64,000 bases of DNA from Pseudomonadota bacterium (GTDB taxonomy: Bacteria; Pseudomonadota; Gammaproteobacteria; Steroidobacterales; Woeseiaceae): positions 20,569 to 84,568 of the forward strand of contig JBCCCC010000002.1 in assembly GCA_039033695.1 (NCBI GenBank), read 5' to 3'. Below the pieces are notes generated by a model that was given only the letters and a program-made list of their open reading frames with translations, made no database searches and was not told the origin of the DNA. Within the stretch, counting starts at the first letter, position 1; each line of letters starts with the position of its first letter. The position numbers and the translations under genes were made by a program. This document shows positions 58,872-64,000 of this stretch, in pieces.

Positions 58872-60266
58872 CTACTTCTTGCCTTTCACATGCTTCATCA
58901 AACGTTTACGCCGCGCTTGTTGCCTAGGCGTTAATTTATTGCGTCTGCCCTCAAAAGGGTTCTTGCCGGTCTTGAGCTGTAAGCGGACTGGCGTGCCACG
59001 CAACTTAAAGGCTTTGCGGAAATAGTTGATCAGATAGCGACGGTAGCTGGGCGCCAGGCGCTCAGTCTGGTTACCGTGGATCACAATAATCGGTGGGTTT
59101 CGCCCGCCTTGATGCGCGTAGCGCAATCGCGGGCGTCGACCGCGGCTGAGTGGCGGCGGATGTGCCGTCACGGCGCCTTCCAGTGCCTGGGTCAACTCCG
59201 AGGTGCCCAGCTCACGGCATGCGGCGCGATGTACTTTGTCAACTTCGGGCAGCAGCTTTCCCACAGCAGTGCCATGCAATGCCGAGATGAAATGTGTTGG
59301 CGCGAAATCACTAAATGCGAGCTTCATCTCCAACCCGTCGCGCAGCTTCTTTCGTGCTTCGCTGTCCAGCCCGTCCCACTTATTGACCGCAATCACCAAT
59401 GCGCGTCCGCGCTCAATGATTAAGCCGAACAGCGATACATCCTGGTCAGTGACGCCCTCACGCGCATCCAGCACAGCGATGACAACATTGCTTTGTTCAA
59501 TGGCCTGCAATGTCTTGATAATGCTAAATTTCTCAATGGTCTCGCTGACCCTTGAGCGGCGCCTGACACCGGCCGTATCGACCAAGACATAGTCCTTGCC
59601 ATCACGACTGAATGGCACACGCACGCTATCGCGAGTCGTACCCGGCCGATCGAACGCGACTAGCCGATCCTCACCAATCAGTCGGTTTATCAAGGTCGAT
59701 TTGCCGACATTCGGTCGACCGGCAACCGTCACCACAGTGCCATTCTCGGGACCATCTTCAGGACCAGGCTCGGAAACAGGACAGGCCTCCAGCACGTGCT
59801 CGATCAGTGCCGAGACTCGATCACCGTGCGCGGAAGAGATGACCAGCGGATCGCCTAGCCCCAGCGCAAAGAAGTCAGCCGCGATGGTGTCCTGATCGAG
59901 TCCTTCGCCCTTGTTTACGGCTAGAAAAACAGGCACTTCATGTCGTCGAATCAGGCCGGCGATATCATGATCGGTTGGCATCAGCCCATCACGGGCATCG
60001 ACCATGAAAACGACTGCATCAGACTCTTCGATGGCTTGCATGGCCTGGCGCTCCATAAGCGCTTCCACGCCGTCAGTCACGCCTGCCAGCCCACCGGTAT
60101 CAATGACAAGATAGGGGCTCGGCCCGACCTTCCCATAGCCATATTGTCGATCGCGCGTCAGACCCGCATAGTCAGCGACTAGCGCATCTCGGGTTTTAGT
60201 GAGTCGATTGAAAAGCGTGGACTTACCGACATTTGGTCTGCCCACCAACGCAATAACGGGCAGCAT
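58872..60266 (-). CDS. der: Ribosome biogenesis GTPase Der (EngA)
   Basis: Two G domains (GRPNVGKSTLFNRL and GRPNVGKSTLINRL) plus a KH-like basic C-terminus. Start placed at the ATG at 60266. Confidence 0.95.
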   Translation of the reverse strand: MLPVIALVGRPNVGKSTLFNRLTKTRDALVADYAGLTRDRQYGYGKVGPSPYLVIDTGGLAGVTDGVEALMERQAMQAIEESDAVVFMVDARDGLMPTDHDIAGLIRRHEVPVFLAVNKGEGLDQDTIAADFFALGLGDPLVISSAHGDRVSALIEHVLEACPVSEPGPEDGPENGTVVTVAGRPNVGKSTLINRLIGEDRLVAFDRPGTTRDSVRVPFSRDGKDYVLVDTAGVRRRSRVSETIEKFSIIKTLQAIEQSNVVIAVLDAREGVTDQDVSLFGLIIERGRALVIAVNKWDGLDSEARKKLRDGLEMKLAFSDFAPTHFISALHGTAVGKLLPEVDKVHRAACRELGTSELTQALEGAVTAHPPPLSRGRRPRLRYAHQGGRNPPIIVIHGNQTERLAPSYRRYLINYFRKAFKLRGTPVRLQLKTGKNPFEGRRNKLTPRQQARRKRLMKHVKGKK

Positions 60267-60270
60267 TGGC

Positions 60271-61437
60271 CTAGTTACGCTCGATAGTTCGAATCTGATA
60301 GCCGGCCATTGCGCCATCAACCGCCTGCGCGTAGACCTTGTCCGCCATTACATACGGCCGGTTGACGATCGGCGCCTTGCTAAGCCGCACACGACCCGCA
60401 AGTGTGCCAGTGCGCGCATTGATGAAGTGCAGATAACCCTCGAAATCACCAACGACAACATACTCACCAAAGGTAATCGGCGCAGTCAATTGGCGCCTGA
60501 GCAGCAGCTCGTGCGACCACTCCTGAGCACCGTTATTGCGTGTCAGCGCGACGACACGATCATCATCAAGCGTCAGATAGACGTTGGCCCAGTCGACACC
60601 AAGCCCGGCGTAACTGGACAGCTCTCGTGCCCACAACGCCTGGCCGGACTCTGCTGCGACCGCTGCGGTGCGAGACTGAAAACCGCTGAGATAAAGGTCG
60701 TTCCCAACCGCGGCGATCGCACCGTCAGCATCGACCATCCGTTCAATGTCAGAACGACCAGAGGCGATTCCCAGCGGTAACTCCCACGTCACCTCACCGG
60801 AAATCAAATTGGCAGACACGATGCGACCATTGTCGAATCCGGCTACCACTGAATCGCCACTGATTACGGGTGCGCCAACGCCTCGCTGACTCAGCGCCGG
60901 TACCGGCTGTTCGACGAACCACAATTGCTCACCGTCGCTGCCACGCAACGCCAGCAACCGCCCATCAACCGTGCGAACGAAAACGCGTTCACCGCCCAGA
61001 ACCGGCGGGGCCAGCACTTCGGCGGCAATATCGCTGCGCCAGATCTCATCGCCGCTGCGCGCGTCCAGTGCAACCACCGTACCATTGGTCTCGGCCACGA
61101 CCACGCGACCATCACCAACACCTGGGCCCGCGGTGAGCGCTGCCTTGATATTGGTACGCCATACACGCTTGCCCGAATCGCCATCGAATGCGCTGATCTC
61201 GCCCTTGGCGTTGGCCGCGTAGACCCGGGTGCCGTCGCCGACCGGTCGTAGCGCGAGCCGCAAGCGCTCCCCGCTGTCGCCCAAGCCTGCTGACATGACG
61301 CGCTTGACGTCGACGCCAGCCTCAAAGTCAGCGAGCTCCATCGGCGGGTCTACGGTTTCGTCGTCGCCACCAAAAATCGCACAGCCGCCAAGCAGGGCGG
61401 CCATGAAAAACACAGCGGTTGTGCGCAAGACATTCAC
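60271..61437 (-). CDS. bamB: Outer membrane protein assembly factor BamB
   Basis: Lipobox LLGGC and repeated PQQ-like beta-propeller blades. The GTG start overlaps the yfgM stop (GTGA). Confidence 0.9.
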   Translation of the reverse strand: MNVLRTTAVFFMAALLGGCAIFGGDDETVDPPMELADFEAGVDVKRVMSAGLGDSGERLRLALRPVGDGTRVYAANAKGEISAFDGDSGKRVWRTNIKAALTAGPGVGDGRVVVAETNGTVVALDARSGDEIWRSDIAAEVLAPPVLGGERVFVRTVDGRLLALRGSDGEQLWFVEQPVPALSQRGVGAPVISGDSVVAGFDNGRIVSANLISGEVTWELPLGIASGRSDIERMVDADGAIAAVGNDLYLSGFQSRTAAVAAESGQALWARELSSYAGLGVDWANVYLTLDDDRVVALTRNNGAQEWSHELLLRRQLTAPITFGEYVVVGDFEGYLHFINARTGTLAGRVRLSKAPIVNRPYVMADKVYAQAVDGAMAGYQIRTIERN

Positions 61438-62093
61438 TCGCTGATATCCCCGACGGCCGCAGTGGCTTCAGGCAATGCCCCCAGTTTCATGTCGAGCAAA
61501 TTGGCATCAACCAGTTGCGGCTGGCCGGCGCTATCGAGGGCCGCTTGATACGCTGCCCGCGCCTCGTCATAGCGGGTAAGCGCGACGAGCGCGTCACCGC
61601 GAACCTCATCAAACATGGCTGCATAGCCATCCGCGTCTGCGCGTTCCAGCACCTCGAGTGCCTCGCCCGCCTGATCACGATAAATCAGCACGCGTGCGAG
61701 ACGCGTCGCGACCAAAGGTTCGAGCACGCTGCCATTTTCTCGCGCTAGCAATGTCTCAAGCGTCGCTTGGGCTTCCTCGGTCTCGCCCCGCTGCATGTAC
61801 AGGGCTGCCAATAGCAAATCCGCTTGACTGACATACGGCGATTCCGGGTGGGTTTCGGCTAGCGCGCTATGGCGAGATTTCAGTATCGTGATGTCCGCCG
61901 CATCAGCGGCATCGGCGACCTCTGCAAACATCGCCGAGGCGGCTTCCGCCTCGCTACGCTGGCCGTCCTGCCACTGATACCAGCCAAACAGGCCAGCGCC
62001 ACCCAGCACGACGCCAATCACAATGGACATGCCATATTGCGACCAGAACGCTTTCAGGCGCTCCACTTGTTCTTCTTCTGTCAGATCGTTCAC
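61434..62093 (-). CDS. yfgM: YfgM-family TPR membrane protein (ancillary SecYEG translocon subunit)
   Basis: EEQVERLKAFWSQYG followed by a TM helix, then TPR-like repeats. Conserved hisS-yfgM-bamB-der order. Confidence 0.8.
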   Translation of the reverse strand: MNDLTEEEQVERLKAFWSQYGMSIVIGVVLGGAGLFGWYQWQDGQRSEAEAASAMFAEVADAADAADITILKSRHSALAETHPESPYVSQADLLLAALYMQRGETEEAQATLETLLARENGSVLEPLVATRLARVLIYRDQAGEALEVLERADADGYAAMFDEVRGDALVALTRYDEARAAYQAALDSAGQPQLVDANLLDMKLGALPEATAAVGDISE

Positions 62094-62165
62094 GTTAATT
62101 CCATGCTATTTGCCGGTCAGCCGGCAATTGTATCGTGTTCCCGGTTGCAGGGCACCTCGCTCCCG

Positions 62166-63440
62166 TCATTGCCTGGCTGCAACTGCCAGGACGTCGCTCA
62201 ACTCACTGACCGGGACCGTGGTCTGATCGCCTTGCTCGCGCAGTGGCTTTATCGTCACTGTGCCTTCTGCTGCCTCCGACTCGCCAATAACCAGCGCCAG
62301 TGCCGCACGACTGCGATCAGCCTGCTTGAATTGCGACTTGATACTGCCACCACCCATGTGTCGAAGCAGCCGCAAACCCGGCACCTCATCGCGCAACGCT
62401 TCACTCAATACCAAGCCAGCCTGCCGGGCCTCGTCACCGACTGTGATCAGGTATGCGTGAGGTTCGACCACGTCGAGCGACACGTGTTCCGCCTCGCACA
62501 GGGCCAAGAGCCGCTCTACGCCAATCGCCCAGCCAATGGCGGGCACCGGCTTGCCGCCCAATTGTTCGACGAGGCCATCATAGCGACCCCCGGAGCAGAC
62601 CGCGCCCTGCGCCCCGAGGGCATCGGTGACCCACTCGAAAACAGTACGGGAGTAGTAATCCAGACCGCGCACCAGTCGCGGATTGACCGTGTATCGAATA
62701 CCCAGCGCATCAAGACCGCTCGTCAGCTCGGCAAAATGGGCGGCCGACTCATCGTCAAGATGCTCATTGAGCAGCGGCGCACCGGCCACGACCTCTGCCA
62801 TATCGGGGTTCTTGCTGTCCAGTATGCGCAGTGGATTAGACGCCAGCCTGCGCAGGCTGTCAGCGTCCAGCTGGTCACGATGATCATTAAAGTAGCTCAC
62901 CAGCAATTCTCGATAGGCAGCGCGAGAATCGACTGTGCCCAGCGAATTGATCTGCAACTCGACGCGCTCAATGGACAATCGCTGCCACAAACGCGCTGAC
63001 ATCGCGATCATCTCGATGTCGATATCGGGACCGTCATAGCCGAACGCCTCCACATCGATCTGATAAAACTGACGGTAGCGGCCCTTTTGTGGCCGCTCAT
63101 AACGAAACATGGGGCCGCTGGTCCAGATCTTGTGTTTCTGGTTGTGCGTCATGCCGTTGGTGATTGCCGCACGAACCAATCCCGCGGTGGCCTCCGGGCG
63201 CAGCGTCAGGCTCTCACCATTGCGATCTTCGAAGGTATACATTTCCTTCTCGACGATATCCGTCGCATCGCCAATGGATCGCTTGAACAAATCCGTGTAT
63301 TCGAGCAGCGGCACGCGCATGTGCTGGTAACCGTAATCGGCCAGCAGCGACTGCACGATCGACTCGAGTGCCAGCCAGCGCTGCCCTTCGGGTGGCACTA
63401 GATCGTTCATGCCCCGGATGGGACGCACAGACTGGCTCAT
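62166..63440 (-). CDS. hisS: Histidine--tRNA ligase
   Basis: RGMNDLVP, LTLRPEATAGLVRA, FRYERPQKGRYRQFYQ and GGGRYDGL class II motifs. Confidence 0.95.
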   Translation of the reverse strand: MSQSVRPIRGMNDLVPPEGQRWLALESIVQSLLADYGYQHMRVPLLEYTDLFKRSIGDATDIVEKEMYTFEDRNGESLTLRPEATAGLVRAAITNGMTHNQKHKIWTSGPMFRYERPQKGRYRQFYQIDVEAFGYDGPDIDIEMIAMSARLWQRLSIERVELQINSLGTVDSRAAYRELLVSYFNDHRDQLDADSLRRLASNPLRILDSKNPDMAEVVAGAPLLNEHLDDESAAHFAELTSGLDALGIRYTVNPRLVRGLDYYSRTVFEWVTDALGAQGAVCSGGRYDGLVEQLGGKPVPAIGWAIGVERLLALCEAEHVSLDVVEPHAYLITVGDEARQAGLVLSEALRDEVPGLRLLRHMGGGSIKSQFKQADRSRAALALVIGESEAAEGTVTIKPLREQGDQTTVPVSELSDVLAVAARQ

Positions 63441-63505
63441 TTGGGTTTCCTGTGTTGTCGGCGTATATCGCGAGACGATATTATACGCGCACGGAGCAAG
63501 TCCGC

Positions 63506-64000
63506 CTAAGGGATCGTGAGTCTGGCCGAACGACCACGACGCGACGCCGGATCGATTGATACAGGTTCTCCATCGAGTCGCAACTGCGCGGCATCCGCAA
63601 CCCCAAGTGTCACTGAAAAGGGTCGCTGACCTGTCACCAGTCGGTCAGTGCCCGACTGCGCCGTGCCATACGCAATCCGGGTGCCGGCGGCGTCTCGAAC
63701 CTCAAACCAACACGCGTCGCTAAACGTCAGGCGCAGTCCGCGTTCTTCGGGCTCTCCGGCGGTGGCATTGGCGGTGTCTGTCACCGCTGGCTCATCAACG
63801 GGAATTGTTTGAGCATCGTCAACGCCATCACGTGCCGCGTTGAGTAACTCCGAAAACTGCGTGCTGCCGCCAGCGGGCTCGGAGGGCACGTCATCGTTGG
63901 TCATTTGTTGCGCCGGCTGCGTTGCAGGCGCGCTGGCGCCATCATCAACCGCGCCGGTCGACTCGCCCAACCGTGCCCACAGCACAAACGCGATGGCCGC
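63506..64000 (-). CDS. rodZ: Cytoskeleton protein RodZ, C-terminal part (gene continues beyond the window)
   Basis: C-terminal DUF4115-like LRLTFSDACWFEVRDAAGTRIAYG..FSVTLGVADAAQLRLDGEPV. Sits in the usual position next to hisS. The frame is open to the window edge. Confidence 0.7.
   Translation of the reverse strand, partial: AAIAFVLWARLGESTGAVDDGASAPATQPAQQMTNDDVPSEPAGGSTQFSELLNAARDGVDDAQTIPVDEPAVTDTANATAGEPEERGLRLTFSDACWFEVRDAAGTRIAYGTAQSGTDRLVTGQRPFSVTLGVADAAQLRLDGEPVSIDPASRRGRSARLTIP

Noticed and set aside
1-64000. Looked throughout for CRISPR repeats, IS elements and transposases, integrases, phage genes, toxin-antitoxin pairs and tRNA/rRNA genes.
   Set aside because: None was seen. 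The GNAT at 49992-50483 has no upstream antitoxin-like partner (it follows tadA), so it is not called a GNAT toxin.

Overview
This is a high-GC chromosomal segment (roughly 58-60% from hand counts of a few lines) with typical gammaproteobacterial core synteny. I call about 60 protein genes and one ncRNA, the SRP/4.5S RNA upstream of dnaX. I saw no tRNA, rRNA, CRISPR array, transposase, integrase or phage genes. Many adjacent genes are start/stop coupled by ATGA or GTGA overlaps. Layout: (1) 1-7.5 kb is a purine nucleoside/deoxyribose catabolism neighbourhood: PfkB kinase, two ALDHs, deoC, deoD, an MtaD-like deaminase and deoB. (2) 8.9-13.4 kb is a soluble PAS histidine kinase followed by REC-HDOD and REC-degenerate-HD-GYP response regulators. 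(3) 13.6-25.5 kb holds envelope and stress genes (lipoproteins, kbp, dodecin, NlpC/P60, M28 peptidase, dps) mixed with orphan ORFs, including a Ycf46-like AAA+ ATPase. (4) 25.6-35.8 kb holds prc and an adaptor plus two tandem RND permeases. (5) The rest is housekeeping: ppsR/ppsA, orn/rsgA, HIT, recR-ybaB-dnaX-ffs, mltF, tadA-guaA-guaB, xseA, der-bamB-yfgM-hisS-rodZ. I see no clear defence island or mobile element. The best candidates for undescribed biology are the orphan block at 17.1-21.8 kb, the two-component operon whose two outputs are both predicted non-catalytic HD-superfamily domains, and an ALDH paralogue that lacks its catalytic domain. Others are a lipoprotein-anchored MtaD-type deaminase, a GlyGly-CTERM-like acidic secreted protein that overlaps a GNAT gene, and an M48-MetX-like-cysteine-dioxygenase-like operon. 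All family assignments come from motif recognition by eye and need database confirmation.
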